A DNA stretch of 64,000 bases from an uncultured Actinomycetota bacterium (GCA_963770565.1 CAVYQE010000001.1:736001-800000); one strand, 5' to 3'. Counted from the stretch's first letter, positions 40,075 through 51,047 are shown. The notes: a model not told the origin generated them from the letters alone. Program-made: numbers and translations.

Positions 40075-40938
40075 ATGACCGCCCGGATGCTGCCCGGTGG
40101 ACCGGTGGCCGATGCCGTCCTGGCCGCGCTCGCGCCGCGGATCGGCGCCCTCGTGGCGGCCGGGCACACGCCCGGCCTTGGCACGATCCTGGTCGGCGAC
40201 GACTCGGCGAGTGCCGGCTACATCCGGGTCAAGCAGGAGAAGGCCGCCGAGCTCGGCCTTCGCTCGCCGCACGTGCACCTTCCGCAGGACGCCACCCAGG
40301 CCGACCTGTTCGCGGCGATCCGGGACTTCAACGCCGACGACACGGTGGATGCGATGCTCGTGCAGCACCCGACCCCGCCGCAGATCGACTTCGATGCGGC
40401 CCTGATGGAGATGGACCCGGACAAGGACGTCGACGGGTTGCATCCGACGAACATGGGCCGGCTCGCGCTCGGGATGCCGGGCCCGGTGCCGTGCACGCCG
40501 GCCGGGATCGAGGCCTTGCTGGCGCACTACGAGATCCCGGTGTCGGGCCGCTCGGTCTGCATCCTCGGTCGCGGTACGACGCTCGGCCGGCCGCTCTCGC
40601 TCCTGCTGACCCAGAAGCGCCCGACCGCCAACGCGGCCGTCACGGTCGTCCACACCGGTGTCCCGAACTGGCCGGACTACACCCGCGCCGCGGAGATCGT
40701 GATCGCCGCCGCGGGCGTACCCGGCATCCTGCAGCCCGAGCACATCACGTCCGGGTCGGTCGTGATCGGGGGCGGCGTCCGTTACGAGGGCCGGCGGCTG
40801 CTCCCCGACGTCGACGAGTCGTGCGAAGCCGTCGCGGGCGCGATCACACCGCGGGTCGGCGGGGTGGGGCCGACCACGGTCGCGATGCTCTTCCGCAACT
40901 GCATCGAAGCCGCCGAGTCCCGCGCCGCGACCGACTAA
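40075..40938 (+). CDS. folD: Bifunctional methylenetetrahydrofolate dehydrogenase/cyclohydrolase
   Basis: YIRVK, KDVDG, PCTP, GGVGPTT. Confidence 0.92.
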   Translation: MTARMLPGGPVADAVLAALAPRIGALVAAGHTPGLGTILVGDDSASAGYIRVKQEKAAELGLRSPHVHLPQDATQADLFAAIRDFNADDTVDAMLVQHPTPPQIDFDAALMEMDPDKDVDGLHPTNMGRLALGMPGPVPCTPAGIEALLAHYEIPVSGRSVCILGRGTTLGRPLSLLLTQKRPTANAAVTVVHTGVPNWPDYTRAAEIVIAAAGVPGILQPEHITSGSVVIGGGVRYEGRRLLPDVDESCEAVAGAITPRVGGVGPTTVAMLFRNCIEAAESRAATD

Positions 40939-41561
40939 TTGACAGGTGGGCGGCGGAGGACCTGCCGGACCACCTCGGGTCGCAGCGCGACCGAATTGAT
41001 CGGCGCCTTCAGGTAGCGGATGATCTGCTTGCCGTCGGTGCCGTACGGCGTGATCTTGGAGTCGCGTGGCACCAGGTTGGACAGCCCGAGGAAGCCCTGC
41101 ACCAGGAAGATCGCGATCGTGGCCGGCTCGAGCGCCGAGGCAAATACCGTGATGGCAAGGGCGGCGATCAGCAGGTTGGTGGCCGGCCCTGCCGCGGTGC
41201 TCAACACGCCGTGTCGACGAGTTGTCGGTCGAGTGCAGTAGGTCACGCCGTGTGAGGGCCACAGGTGGACCTCCAACCGCCCGACTACCAGGATCGTCGG
41301 TCCGGACCCGATCTGAATCTTCACCACCCGCCGTCCGCAGAGCACCGCCGCAAGGGCGTGACCGAACTCGTGCACCCAGATGCCGCCGATCAGCGCGCCA
41401 GCCGCGATCGCCATCTCGAGCACCGCGTGGCTCGGGCTGCCCCCGGTCGTGGGATGAGAAGCGGGGAACGGGACCGTGGTGAGGATGAAGGCCCAGCCCA
41501 TCACCGTGATCAGGGGCGCGAGCGCCTCAAGCGCGGACGGGTGTTTCTGCGAGCCGGACAC
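40935..41561 (-). CDS. Site-2 protease / peptidase M50 family protein
   Basis: HEFGH, AGPATN, NLVP...TDG; SD AAGGA before GTG 41561. Confidence 0.75.
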   Translation of the reverse strand: MSGSQKHPSALEALAPLITVMGWAFILTTVPFPASHPTTGGSPSHAVLEMAIAAGALIGGIWVHEFGHALAAVLCGRRVVKIQIGSGPTILVVGRLEVHLWPSHGVTYCTRPTTRRHGVLSTAAGPATNLLIAALAITVFASALEPATIAIFLVQGFLGLSNLVPRDSKITPYGTDGKQIIRYLKAPINSVALRPEVVRQVLRRPPVN

Positions 41562-41659
41562 ACAGTGTCCTTCGGCCGTTTCGACCAACTTGTGAACCGT
41601 AACGCCAAGTGCGATGCCCGCAGCGGTTCTCGAACCGGGGTCACTAGAATCGGCGCGGG

Positions 41660-42073
41660 ATGAACGATCTGTCGCCGCGACTGGATCCGGTCGAGCTCGC
41701 CGTCGTCCGCTTGCCGGCCGGCTGGCAGCCCCCGCCGATCGTGGCTGGGCAGTTCACCGCAGTCGTGTCCAGCGATCTCGAGGTCACCGTCGTCTGCGAC
41801 AAGGCGCTGCTCGACGACCCGGCTTGGGCGGGCGACGCCGTCGAGGTGGACATCGGCTGGCAGCGGATCACCTTCCCGGGTCCGCTGCCGTGGGAGCAGG
41901 TCGGCTTCCTCGCCGACGTCGCGGGTCGACTGGCTGGCGCGCAGATCCCGTTCACCTCGATCTCCGGCTTCACCACGGACCACGTCCTGGTCCGCGCGGC
42001 GCAGGCCGATCTCGCGGTCGGGGTGCTCTCCGGCGAGCAGCCGCCACCGCAACGGCCCGGCACCAATCCGTGA
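41660..42073 (+). CDS. ACT-domain protein (CASTOR/ACT_7-like)
   Basis: EVTVVC, VGFLA..LA.A.IP..IS.F.TDHVLV. Confidence 0.75.
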   Translation: MNDLSPRLDPVELAVVRLPAGWQPPPIVAGQFTAVVSSDLEVTVVCDKALLDDPAWAGDAVEVDIGWQRITFPGPLPWEQVGFLADVAGRLAGAQIPFTSISGFTTDHVLVRAAQADLAVGVLSGEQPPPQRPGTNP

Positions 42074-42384
42074 GCGCAGCGGAGCCCCCACAGCCGACCG
42101 GCCCACTGCGAAAGCCGCGACGCCGCTTCGACCCGCTCGCGCTCGTCGCGCTCACGGTTGCGGTAGGAGTGCTGATTGCGGCGGTACACCACCCGCGGAC
42201 CGGGATGTTCGTCGTCTGCGGCGGGCTGGGCGCGGGCGCCCTGCTTCGGCTGGTTCTGAGCCCACACCACGCCGGTCTGCTGGTCGTCCGGAGGCGGCGG
42301 CTCGACGTGGTCGTCCTGCTCGGGCTCGCGCTCGCCCTCGGCGTGCTCGCCGCGGTCACCCCGTTCCCAGCGGGGCGGGGATAG
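42070..42384 (+). CDS. DUF3017-like small membrane protein
   Basis: LRLVL..AGLLVVRRRRLD; 3 TM; typical position after folD. Confidence 0.75.
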   Translation: MSAAEPPQPTGPLRKPRRRFDPLALVALTVAVGVLIAAVHHPRTGMFVVCGGLGAGALLRLVLSPHHAGLLVVRRRRLDVVVLLGLALALGVLAAVTPFPAGRG

Positions 42385-42460
42385 CCGACCGCCACGACCG
42401 CGCTGGACTAATCTGCGTCGCGGGGGCGAGGCCACCACCACATCAATCGCAGGAGACTGA

Positions 42461-43567
42461 ATGACCACCCACAAGGTGACTCTGATTCCCGGTGACGGGA
42501 CCGGCCCCGAACTCACCGAGGCGACCCGCCGGGTGCTCGAGGCCGCCGCAGCGACGGCCGGGGCGTCGTTCGAGTGGGACCAGCAAGAGGCCGGCATCGA
42601 CATCATGGAGATCGCCGGCACGCCGCTGCCCGAAGCGACGATCGACTCGGTCCGGCGTACCGGTCTGGCCATCAAGGGCCCGATCACCACGCCGATCGGC
42701 ACCGGCTTCCGCTCGGTCAACGTCGCCCTGCGCTACGAGCTCGACCTGTACGCCTGCGTCCGCCCGTGCAAGACCTACGCCGGCATGCGCACCCGGTTCG
42801 AGCACGTCGACGTCGTGATCGTCCGCGAGAACACCGAGGACCTCTACGCCGGGATCGAGTACGAAGCCGGCACCCCGGTCGCCGAACAGGTCATCGACTA
42901 CCTCAACGGCTTGCAGGACAAGCAGATCCGGTCCGGCTCGGGCATCTCGATCAAGCCGATGAGCGAGTTCGGGTCGGAGCGAATCATCCGCTACGCGTTC
43001 GAGTACGCCCGTAACAACGGTCGCAAGCGGGTCCACTGCGTGACCAAGTCCAACATCATGAAATACACCGACGGCCTGTTCCTCGCCGTCTTCCGCGAGA
43101 TCGCGAAGGAATACCCCGACATCGAGCCGTGGGAAAACCTCGTCGACGCGACCTGCATGGGTCTGATCCAGCGCCCGGAGGAGTGGGACGTGCTGGTGCT
43201 GCCGAACCTCTACGGCGACATCCTGTCCGACCTCACCGCCGGCATGGTCGGCGGTTTGGGCGTCGCGCCGGGCGGCAACATCGGGACGAAGGCGGCCGTG
43301 TTCGAGGCCACCCACGGCTCGGCGCCAAAGTACAAAGGCCTGAACAAGGTGAATCCGACCGCGATGATCCTCTCCGGCGAGATGATGCTTCGGCATGTCG
43401 GCGAGATCAAGGCGGCCGACAACCTCGAACGCGCGGTCTCCGAAGTGATCGCCGAAGGCACGAGCGTCACCTACGACCTCAAGCCGCGACGTGACGACCC
43501 GACCGCGGTGGGCACGAGCCAGTACGCCGACGCGATCATCGCCAAGCTCGAGGGGATGACCTCCTAG
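42461..43567 (+). CDS. icd: Isocitrate dehydrogenase (isocitrate/isopropylmalate DH family)
   Basis: GDGTGPE, FRSVNVALR, RENTEDLY, PNLYGDILSD, HGSAPKY; adjacent to mdh. Confidence 0.85.
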   Translation: MTTHKVTLIPGDGTGPELTEATRRVLEAAAATAGASFEWDQQEAGIDIMEIAGTPLPEATIDSVRRTGLAIKGPITTPIGTGFRSVNVALRYELDLYACVRPCKTYAGMRTRFEHVDVVIVRENTEDLYAGIEYEAGTPVAEQVIDYLNGLQDKQIRSGSGISIKPMSEFGSERIIRYAFEYARNNGRKRVHCVTKSNIMKYTDGLFLAVFREIAKEYPDIEPWENLVDATCMGLIQRPEEWDVLVLPNLYGDILSDLTAGMVGGLGVAPGGNIGTKAAVFEATHGSAPKYKGLNKVNPTAMILSGEMMLRHVGEIKAADNLERAVSEVIAEGTSVTYDLKPRRDDPTAVGTSQYADAIIAKLEGMTS

Positions 43568-44520
43568 TGGCTGCACAGAAGGTGACCGTCGTCGGGTCCG
43601 GCTTCTACGGCTCGACGACCGCGCAACGACTCGCTGAGTACGACGTGTTCGACACGGTGTTCCTCACCGACATCATCGAGGGCAAGCCCGAGGGTCTCGC
43701 CCTCGACATGAACCAGTCGCGCCCGATCGAAGGATTCGAGACCAAGGTGGTCGGCGTGACGACCGGGCTCGACGGCTCCGGCTACGAGGTCACGGCCGGC
43801 TCCGACATCGTGGTCATCACTGCCGGGCTGCCTCGCAAGCCGGGGATGAGCCGGATGGACCTGATCGAGACCAACGCGAAGATCGTCCGCCAGGTCGCCG
43901 AGCAGGTCGCCCGGCACTCGCCGAACGCGGTGCTGATCGTGGTGTCCAACCCGCTCGACGAGATGACCGCGCTCGCTGCCAACGTCACCGGCTTCGACAA
44001 GAGCCGAGTGATCGGACAGGCCGGCATGCTCGACACCGCTCGCTTCACCAACTTCGTCGCGGAGCAGGTCGGCGTACCGGTCGGATCGGTGCGGACGCTG
44101 ACGCTGGGCTCGCACGGCGACACGATGGTCCCGGTGCCGAGCGCCTGCACGGTCGACGGCAAGCCGCTGACCGACCTGCTTGACGCCGCAACGATCGAGG
44201 ACCTGGTGACCCGCACCCGCAACGGAGGCGCCGAGGTGGTCGCGCTGTTGAAGACCGGCTCGGCCTACTACGCGCCATCGGCGGCCGCGGCCCGGATGGC
44301 GAAGGCGGTCGCGGAGGACAGCGGAGCCGTCATGCCGGTCTGCACCTGGGTGGACGGCGAGTACGGGATCAGCGGGGTCTTCCTCGGGGTCGAGGCCGAG
44401 CTCGGCGCGGGTGGCATCCGCCGGGTGGTCGAGCGCGACCTCAGCGACAGCGAGCTCGCCGGGCTGAAGGAGGCGGCCGAGGCCGTGCGCAGCAAACAAG
44501 CCGACGTCGCCGATCTCTAA
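43567..44520 (+). CDS. mdh: Malate dehydrogenase (LDH-like type)
   Basis: GSGFYG, TAGLPRKPGMSRMDL, SNPLD, LDTAR, GSHGD. Confidence 0.93.
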   Translation: MAAQKVTVVGSGFYGSTTAQRLAEYDVFDTVFLTDIIEGKPEGLALDMNQSRPIEGFETKVVGVTTGLDGSGYEVTAGSDIVVITAGLPRKPGMSRMDLIETNAKIVRQVAEQVARHSPNAVLIVVSNPLDEMTALAANVTGFDKSRVIGQAGMLDTARFTNFVAEQVGVPVGSVRTLTLGSHGDTMVPVPSACTVDGKPLTDLLDAATIEDLVTRTRNGGAEVVALLKTGSAYYAPSAAAARMAKAVAEDSGAVMPVCTWVDGEYGISGVFLGVEAELGAGGIRRVVERDLSDSELAGLKEAAEAVRSKQADVADL

Positions 44521-44532
44521 GTACGAGGCGAC

Positions 44533-45825
44533 GTGATCTGGCTCAGCGTCGTCGTCGTATTGGTCCTCGTCCTCATCGAGGCGATCTTCGCGGCGAGTGA
44601 GATGGCCTTAGTGTCGCTGCGTGAGGGCCAGATCAACGCGCTCGCCGAGCAGGGCCGTCGCGGCCAGCGGGTCGCGGCCCTGATCTCGAATCCCAACCGC
44701 TTCCTGTCGGCGGTGCAGATCGGCGTGACGACGACCGCGCTGCTGTCCAGTGCGTTCGGAGCCGTGACGCTGTCGCATTCGATGGGTCGGGCGCTGCGCA
44801 GCCTGGGGATGTCCCGCCGCCCGTCGGAGGTCCTGGGCTTCCTGGTCGTCACGCTGGTCATCGCCTATGTGACGCTGGTCGTCGGAGAGCTCGCTCCCAA
44901 GCGGATCGCCTTGCAGCGGGCGCAGTCGACTGCCGGAGTGGTCGCACCGACCCTCGACTGGTTCGCCGGCGCGATGCGGCCGGTCATCTGGCTGCTGTCG
45001 GTCTCCACCGACCTCGTCGTACGAGCCTTGGGCGGCGACCCGTCCATCGGTCGGACCTCGATCAGCCACACCGAGCTGCGCGACCTCGTAACCGGGCACG
45101 AGGCGCTCAGCCGGGACGAACGCAAGCTGATCGACGACGTCTTCGAGGCGGGCGAGCGTCAGGTCCGCGAGATCATGGTGCCGCGCACCGAGGTCGAGTT
45201 CTTCGACGCCACCTGGCTGTTGAGCCGCGCGATGCGAGCAGCGCACGAGTCGCCGCACAGCCGGTTCCCGGTGGTGCGGGGCTCGCACGACGACGTGATC
45301 GGCTTTATTCACGTCCGCGACCTGTTCCGGCCGGAGGCCGGGCAGCGACGGGGGCTGAAGGTCGGCGACCTAGCCCGCGTGGTCGCGATGGTGCCCGCGA
45401 CCAAGCAGGTGCTGTCGACGATGTCGGAGATGCGCCGCAACGGCGACCATCTCGCCGTTGTCGTCGACGAGTACGGCGGCACCGCCGGCATCGTCACGCT
45501 GGAGGACCTGATCGAGGAGCTGGTCGGCGACATCCGCGACGAGTACGACGTCGCCGACGACGAGGCCAAGCAGCTGCGGGGCGGCGACATGGAGGTCGAC
45601 GGGTTGCTCAACCTGGACGACTTCGCCGAGGCGACCGGCGCCGAGCTGCCCGATGGGCCCTATGAGACGGTTGCGGGCGCGATGATGGCCACCCTCGGCC
45701 GGCTGCCGCGTGGCGGCGACGCCGTCGAGCTGGACGGGATCAGGCTCAAAGTGGCGAAAATGGATGGTCGGCGGATCGCCAGGGTCCGGGTGACCTTGCT
45801 CGCCGACGACGACAGCTCACGCTGA
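44533..45825 (+). CDS. HlyC/CorC (CNNM-CBS) family transporter
   Basis: [26 protein letters not shown]. Confidence 0.92.
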   Translation: MIWLSVVVVLVLVLIEAIFAASEMALVSLREGQINALAEQGRRGQRVAALISNPNRFLSAVQIGVTTTALLSSAFGAVTLSHSMGRALRSLGMSRRPSEVLGFLVVTLVIAYVTLVVGELAPKRIALQRAQSTAGVVAPTLDWFAGAMRPVIWLLSVSTDLVVRALGGDPSIGRTSISHTELRDLVTGHEALSRDERKLIDDVFEAGERQVREIMVPRTEVEFFDATWLLSRAMRAAHESPHSRFPVVRGSHDDVIGFIHVRDLFRPEAGQRRGLKVGDLARVVAMVPATKQVLSTMSEMRRNGDHLAVVVDEYGGTAGIVTLEDLIEELVGDIRDEYDVADDEAKQLRGGDMEVDGLLNLDDFAEATGAELPDGPYETVAGAMMATLGRLPRGGDAVELDGIRLKVAKMDGRRIARVRVTLLADDDSSR

Positions 45826-45847
45826 CCCGCACGAGGAAGATGGAGCC

Positions 45848-46852
45848 ATGCCTGCCGACCGTCCGCGCGTACTGTCCGGCATCCAGCCGACGGCCGACTC
45901 GTTTCACCTCGGCAACTACCTGGGCGCCATCCGCCAGTGGGTGGCGCTTCAGGACAGCCACGAGGCCTTCTACTGTGTCGTCGACCTGCATGCGATCACC
46001 ATCGAGCACGACCCGGCGCTGTTGCGGGAACGCACCCGGGTCGCGGCCGCGCAGCTGCTGGCCTCCGGGCTCGATCCCGACCGTTGCGCGCTGTTCGCAC
46101 AGAGTCACGTGCCGGCTCATGCCGAGCTGACCTGGGTGCTGAGCTGCATCACCGGGTTCGGCGAGGCGAGCCGGATGACGCAGTTCAAGGACAAGTCGGC
46201 CAAGCAGGCGACCACGTCGGTCGGGCTGTTCACGTACCCGATCCTGCAGGCCGCGGACATCCTGCTCTACCAGGCCGTGCAGGTGCCGGTCGGTGAGGAT
46301 CAGCGGCAGCATCTCGAGCTGACCCGTGACCTCGCGCAGCGCTTCAACGCCCGCTTCGGCGAGACCTTCGTGGTGCCGGAGCCCTACATCGTCAAGGAGA
46401 CCGCGAAGATCCTCGACCTCGCCGACCCGACCGCCAAGATGAGCAAGTCGAGCGAGTCGCAGGTCGGCGTCGTCGACATCCTCGACGAGCCGGACGTCAT
46501 CGTGCGCAAGATCAAGCGTGCCGTGACCGACACCGGCACCGAGATCCGCTTCGACGACGAGAAGCCTGGTGTCAGCAACCTGCTGACGATTGCGTCGACG
46601 TTGACCGGACGCAGCATCGCTTCGCTCGAGTCGGACTACGAAGGCAAGGGCTATGGCGTACTCAAGACCGACGTCGCCGACCTCGTCATCGAGTTCGCGA
46701 CGCCGTTGCGGGAGCGCACCGCCGCATGGCTGGCGGACGGCGATCGGCTCGCGGCGGTGCTCGCGGACGGTGCGGCAAAGGCTCGGGCGGTTGCGGACAA
46801 GACCCTCGCCGCGGCCTACGACGCGGTGGGTTTCCTGCCGGCCGGGCCGTGA
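45848..46852 (+). CDS. trpS: Tryptophan--tRNA ligase
   Basis: [31 protein letters not shown]. Confidence 0.97.
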   Translation: MPADRPRVLSGIQPTADSFHLGNYLGAIRQWVALQDSHEAFYCVVDLHAITIEHDPALLRERTRVAAAQLLASGLDPDRCALFAQSHVPAHAELTWVLSCITGFGEASRMTQFKDKSAKQATTSVGLFTYPILQAADILLYQAVQVPVGEDQRQHLELTRDLAQRFNARFGETFVVPEPYIVKETAKILDLADPTAKMSKSSESQVGVVDILDEPDVIVRKIKRAVTDTGTEIRFDDEKPGVSNLLTIASTLTGRSIASLESDYEGKGYGVLKTDVADLVIEFATPLRERTAAWLADGDRLAAVLADGAAKARAVADKTLAAAYDAVGFLPAGP

Positions 46853-47430
46853 CCGCGGAAGCGACCCGCGACATCGGTGTCGCGATCGGGATCCCGGAGC
46901 CGTACGGCGGCGAGCTGCAGGGCTGGCGGGAACGCCTCGGCGACCCGAACGCGAACCGGATCGTTCCGCACGTGACGCTGCTGCCACCGACCGCGGTCGC
47001 GACCGAGCTGCTCCCGACGATCGAGGAGCACCTGCGGCTGGTCGCGACCCAGTTCCGCCAGTTCTCGATCCGGTTGCGCGGATCGGCGACCTTCCTGCCG
47101 GTGTCGTCGGTGGTTTTCGTGCCGCTCGTGCAGGGAATCGCCGAGTGCGAGCAGTTGGAGGAGAAGGTGCGCACGGGCCCGTTGCTTCGGGAGGTTGGCT
47201 ACGCCTACCACCCGCACGTCACGGTGGCGCATGACCTGCCCGACGAGGCGCTCTACAACGCGTGGACGGCGATGTCGGCGTACGACGCGTCGTTCCAGGT
47301 GTTCGGCTTCACGTTGTTCGAGCAGGGGCCGGACGAGGTCTGGCGCCCGCAGCGTGACTTCACCTTCGGCGGCGGCGGCCTGCCCGGTCCGTCGGCGGAG
47401 CCGTCCGCGCGGCACAACGAGGGCTGGTGA
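46849..47430 (+). CDS. 2H phosphoesterase (2'-5' RNA ligase family)
   Basis: Two HxT motifs: PHVTL and PHVTV. Confidence 0.88.
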   Translation: MTAEATRDIGVAIGIPEPYGGELQGWRERLGDPNANRIVPHVTLLPPTAVATELLPTIEEHLRLVATQFRQFSIRLRGSATFLPVSSVVFVPLVQGIAECEQLEEKVRTGPLLREVGYAYHPHVTVAHDLPDEALYNAWTAMSAYDASFQVFGFTLFEQGPDEVWRPQRDFTFGGGGLPGPSAEPSARHNEGW

Positions 47431-48290
47431 GGATCGCCGACCTGCGGACCCGCGCCGACCAGGTGCAGCGTCGGCATCGTTGGCTGGCGTTTCCCTATGC
47501 AGTGGTCAAGAAGTTCGGCGAGGACTCCTCGAGCCATCTCGCCGTCGTCATCACCTACTACGCGTTCTTCTCGATCTTCCCGTTGCTGCTCGCGCTGGCC
47601 TCCATCCTCGGCTTTGTGCTGCACGGCAACCCGGCCTGGCAGAAGTCGATCGAGGACTCCGCGCTACACCACTTCCCACTGATCTCCGGCCCGATCCCCG
47701 AGCACGGCAGCGTCCTGATCGTCGTGGTCGGCTTCGTGCTCGCCGTCTACAGCGGGCTCGGCGTCGCGAAGGCGGCGCAGCAGGCGTGGGACGTCGTGTA
47801 CGGCGTGCCGCGGGCCGAGCGGCCGGGGTTCGTCGCGAACAACCTGCGGGCGCTGCGGCTCGTAGTGGTCGGCGGGGCCGGGTTGATCGCCACTACGGTC
47901 GTGTCGACCGCGGTCGCGAGTGGAGCCGCGATCGGCCTGCACGTAGGCGTCGGGCTCACGGTGCTGAGCATGGTCGTCACGCTGGTGCTCAACACGGTGC
48001 TGTTCGCGGTGGTCTTCCGCTGGCTGACCAGCCGCGAGGTGTCGTTCCGGGATGTGCTGCCCGGCGCCGCGCTGTCCGCGGTGGCCATCGGCGTCCTGCA
48101 GGCGCTCGCGTCGGCGTTCATCGCACACAAGCTGAAGGACACCAAGGCGGCGTACGGGTCGTTCGGCACCGTGATCGTGGTGCTGTCGTGGTTCTCCCTG
48201 CAGTCGCAGGTGTTGCTGGCCTCCGCGCAGGTCAACGTGGTCAAGCAGGACCGGCTATGGCCCCGCTCGATGAAAGGACCTGCAGCCTAG
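47427..48290 (+). CDS. YihY/virulence factor BrkB family membrane protein
   Basis: YYAFFSIFPLLL, LPGA, YGSFG. Confidence 0.88.
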   Translation: MRIADLRTRADQVQRRHRWLAFPYAVVKKFGEDSSSHLAVVITYYAFFSIFPLLLALASILGFVLHGNPAWQKSIEDSALHHFPLISGPIPEHGSVLIVVVGFVLAVYSGLGVAKAAQQAWDVVYGVPRAERPGFVANNLRALRLVVVGGAGLIATTVVSTAVASGAAIGLHVGVGLTVLSMVVTLVLNTVLFAVVFRWLTSREVSFRDVLPGAALSAVAIGVLQALASAFIAHKLKDTKAAYGSFGTVIVVLSWFSLQSQVLLASAQVNVVKQDRLWPRSMKGPAA

Positions 48291-48305
48291 AGCGGCCGAG
48301 GTCTG

Positions 48306-48509
48306 TTAGGAGACCGCGCGGACCTTGTCCGCTTGCGGGCCCTTTTGCCCCTCGGTGACCTCGAACTCGACCCGCTGGCCTTCTTCGAGGGACTTGTAAC
48401 CGTCCATCTCGATTGCGCTGTAGTGAACGAACACGTCACTACCGCCGTCCACGGCGATGAACCCGTAGCCCTTTTCGCCGTTGAACCACTTGACGCTGCC
48501 TTGTGCCAC
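48306..48509 (-). CDS. Cold-shock protein (CspA family)
   Basis: [27 protein letters not shown]. Confidence 0.95.
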   Translation of the reverse strand: MAQGSVKWFNGEKGYGFIAVDGGSDVFVHYSAIEMDGYKSLEEGQRVEFEVTEGQKGPQADKVRAVS

Positions 48510-48653
48510 AACTACCCCAGGTTGCTCGATCCCGCCCCGCCTCCTTGGCGACGCGCTACCCGCTCCAGGAGCGGATTGGCGAGGACAATACACGCCCGGG
48601 GCGGGTTGCGGGAGGGGTCTGGCCCACCAAGATCGTTCGGCGCGATTTAGGCG

Positions 48654-49814
48654 TCAGATCGGGGGGAGCTTCAACCGCGGGCGGTATCGGCGGTAGCGCC
48701 GCCGGCGGCGCCGCGCGACGACCATCGCCACTGCCGCGAGCACCAGGATCGCACCGATCGCGATCTCGACCGTGCGCATCGAGATCCCGATCGCGTGACC
48801 GCCGGACTTCGCCTGCACCGAGTGCTCGCCGCTTCCCACCGGAGTCACCGACGAGACCTGCTTGGCCTTCCCGGGCGCCAGCGGGTCGACCAGGGTGCCG
48901 ATCGGGTCGACCGAGCCGTTCGCCTTGAATCCCCAGTTCAGCAGGTCGGCGGCCATCGGCCACCAGATCGGGTATGCGTGCATCAAGGCGACGAGGATGG
49001 TCTGGCCGTGCCGGGTGGCCGCGCCGACGTACGTCGCCTGCGCGGCGACGGTGTAGCCGTTCTTGCCGCCGATGTCCCCGCGGTACGTCGTCAGCAGGTT
49101 GTTGTGGCTCTGGATCTGGAAGTGCTTGTGGTGCGGCGCTGGCATCGTGCTGTGGGCGAGGGAGAGGTAGTAGCGGAACGCCGGGATCTTGAAGTCGGCC
49201 CGGGCAATCAGCGCCAAGTCGTACGCCGAGGTCGTCTCACCGACGCCGTCGAGTCCGCTGGGCGTGTCGGCGTTGGTGTCGTCGGCCTGCAGGTGGCGGG
49301 CCTCGACGTTCATCTCGCCGACCGTCTTCTTGATCCCGCCATTGGCCTGGGCGAGCGCGTCGGCCGCGTCGTTCGCGCTCATCTCGAGCATGCAGGTGAA
49401 CAGCGTCTTGATCGGATAGTTCATCCCCGGCACCAGGCCGGCTCTGGTGCCGTCGACCCTCGCGTCCCGGTCCGTCACCTGGAACTCCGACTGCGGGTCG
49501 AGCTTGGGAAGCAGGGTCAGGGCGGTCAGCGTCTTCAGCGTGCTCGCCGGCAGGAACTTCCCGTGCGGGTCCTTCGCGGCCAGGATCTGTCCAGTGGTCA
49601 GGTTGGCGACCAGCCACGACGATGCGGGCAGGCTGGCTGGCGGCGGCAGCGCCGGCGCACCGGCCAGCGGGCGCTCGATGACGCCGGTGGAGCCCAGCAA
49701 GGGCCCACCGATGGGCTGGGCCGACCCGTTCTTGGGCGCGGCGACGGCGCCCACTTCGCCGGCTGCGACGGTGAGCAGACCCGCAGCGACTGCCGCGATC
49801 AGTCGGGCGTGCAT
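48654..49814 (-). CDS. D-alanyl-D-alanine carboxypeptidase (peptidase S11)
   Basis: Signal peptide; STLK, SAN and KNG motifs; C-terminal TM plus Arg tail. Confidence 0.88.
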   Translation of the reverse strand: MHARLIAAVAAGLLTVAAGEVGAVAAPKNGSAQPIGGPLLGSTGVIERPLAGAPALPPPASLPASSWLVANLTTGQILAAKDPHGKFLPASTLKTLTALTLLPKLDPQSEFQVTDRDARVDGTRAGLVPGMNYPIKTLFTCMLEMSANDAADALAQANGGIKKTVGEMNVEARHLQADDTNADTPSGLDGVGETTSAYDLALIARADFKIPAFRYYLSLAHSTMPAPHHKHFQIQSHNNLLTTYRGDIGGKNGYTVAAQATYVGAATRHGQTILVALMHAYPIWWPMAADLLNWGFKANGSVDPIGTLVDPLAPGKAKQVSSVTPVGSGEHSVQAKSGGHAIGISMRTVEIAIGAILVLAAVAMVVARRRRRRYRRYRPRLKLPPI

Positions 49815-49898
49815 CACGGGTACGCTACCCGCCCCGCGCAAGCCCCGGAACCGGCGGCGGTTGGCGCGACCCTCGGTCGGTGTGGTGTCGTACCTCCC

Positions 49899-51047
49899 GT
49901 GGAGATCGCATTTACCTCTTCGCCGAGGTCGAGCCTGGGCGTCGAATGGGAGCTTGAGCTCATCGACACCGAGTCCCGCGAGCTGGCCAGTGCGGCGTCC
50001 GACATTCTCGGGGAGATCGCGGGTCCGGGGGGCGCCGAGCATCCGAAGGCCAAGCACGAGCTGCTCGAGTCGTGCATCGAGGTGATCACCGGGGTCTGCG
50101 GAACCGTCGACGAGGCGGTCGAGGACCTGCGCGGCACGGTGGCCGAGGTTGCCGCTGCGGCGTCCACGCGCGGGCTCGGGCTGATGTGCTCCGGCACGCA
50201 TCCGACCAGCGACTGGGCGACCCAGCAGATCAGCCCCAACCCGCGCTACGCGAAGCTGGTCGAGGACATGCAGTGGCTGGCCCGCCGGATGCAGATCTTC
50301 GGCGTACACGTCCACGTCGGAGTCCGGTCGCCGGAGAAGGCGATCCCGATCGTCAACGCGCTGACGGCGTACATCCCGCACTTCCTGGCTCTTTCGGCGT
50401 CCTCGCCGTACTGGGTGGGCACCGACACCGGGCTGGCATCGGCCCGGAGCAAGGTGTTCGAGGGACTGCCCACCGCGGGCATTCCGTACCAGCTTTCCGG
50501 GTGGAACGACTTCGAGCACTACATGGCGACGCTGATCTCGGCGCACACGATCAACTCGGTGCGCGAGGTGTGGTGGGACGTGCGGCCGCACCCGCAGTTC
50601 GGCACGGTCGAGCTGCGGATCTGTGACGGCCTGCCGACCCTGTACGAGATCTCCTGGGCCGCTGCGATGTCGCAATGCCTGGTCGAGATGTTCAACGGGC
50701 AGCTCGATCGCGGCTACACCCTGCCGGTGCCGAAGGGCTGGACGATTCGGGAGAACAAATGGCGGGCGGCCAGGTACGGCATCGACACCGACCTGATCGT
50801 GGACAACGACGGGCGGACCGAGCCGTTGCGCGACCTCATCGCCGAGCTGGTCGACGACCTCGCGCCGATTGCCGAGCGACTGGAGTGCCGGGAGGAGTTG
50901 TTCCGCGCGAAGCGGATCCTCGAGGTAGGCCCCAGCTATCTGCGGCAGCGCCGGGCCGCGCAGGCCGCCGGTGGTGACCTCAGCGCCGTGGTCGACGCGC
51001 TGATGAAGGAGATGCGCGACAACCTGCCAGCGGGAATCAGCGAATGA
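49899..51047 (+). CDS. YbdK-family carboxylate-amine (glutamate--cysteine) ligase
   Basis: LGVEWE, GTHP, FGVHVHVG, WWDVRPHPQFGTVELRICD, ENKWRAARYG. Confidence 0.9.
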   Translation: MEIAFTSSPRSSLGVEWELELIDTESRELASAASDILGEIAGPGGAEHPKAKHELLESCIEVITGVCGTVDEAVEDLRGTVAEVAAAASTRGLGLMCSGTHPTSDWATQQISPNPRYAKLVEDMQWLARRMQIFGVHVHVGVRSPEKAIPIVNALTAYIPHFLALSASSPYWVGTDTGLASARSKVFEGLPTAGIPYQLSGWNDFEHYMATLISAHTINSVREVWWDVRPHPQFGTVELRICDGLPTLYEISWAAAMSQCLVEMFNGQLDRGYTLPVPKGWTIRENKWRAARYGIDTDLIVDNDGRTEPLRDLIAELVDDLAPIAERLECREELFRAKRILEVGPSYLRQRRAAQAAGGDLSAVVDALMKEMRDNLPAGISE

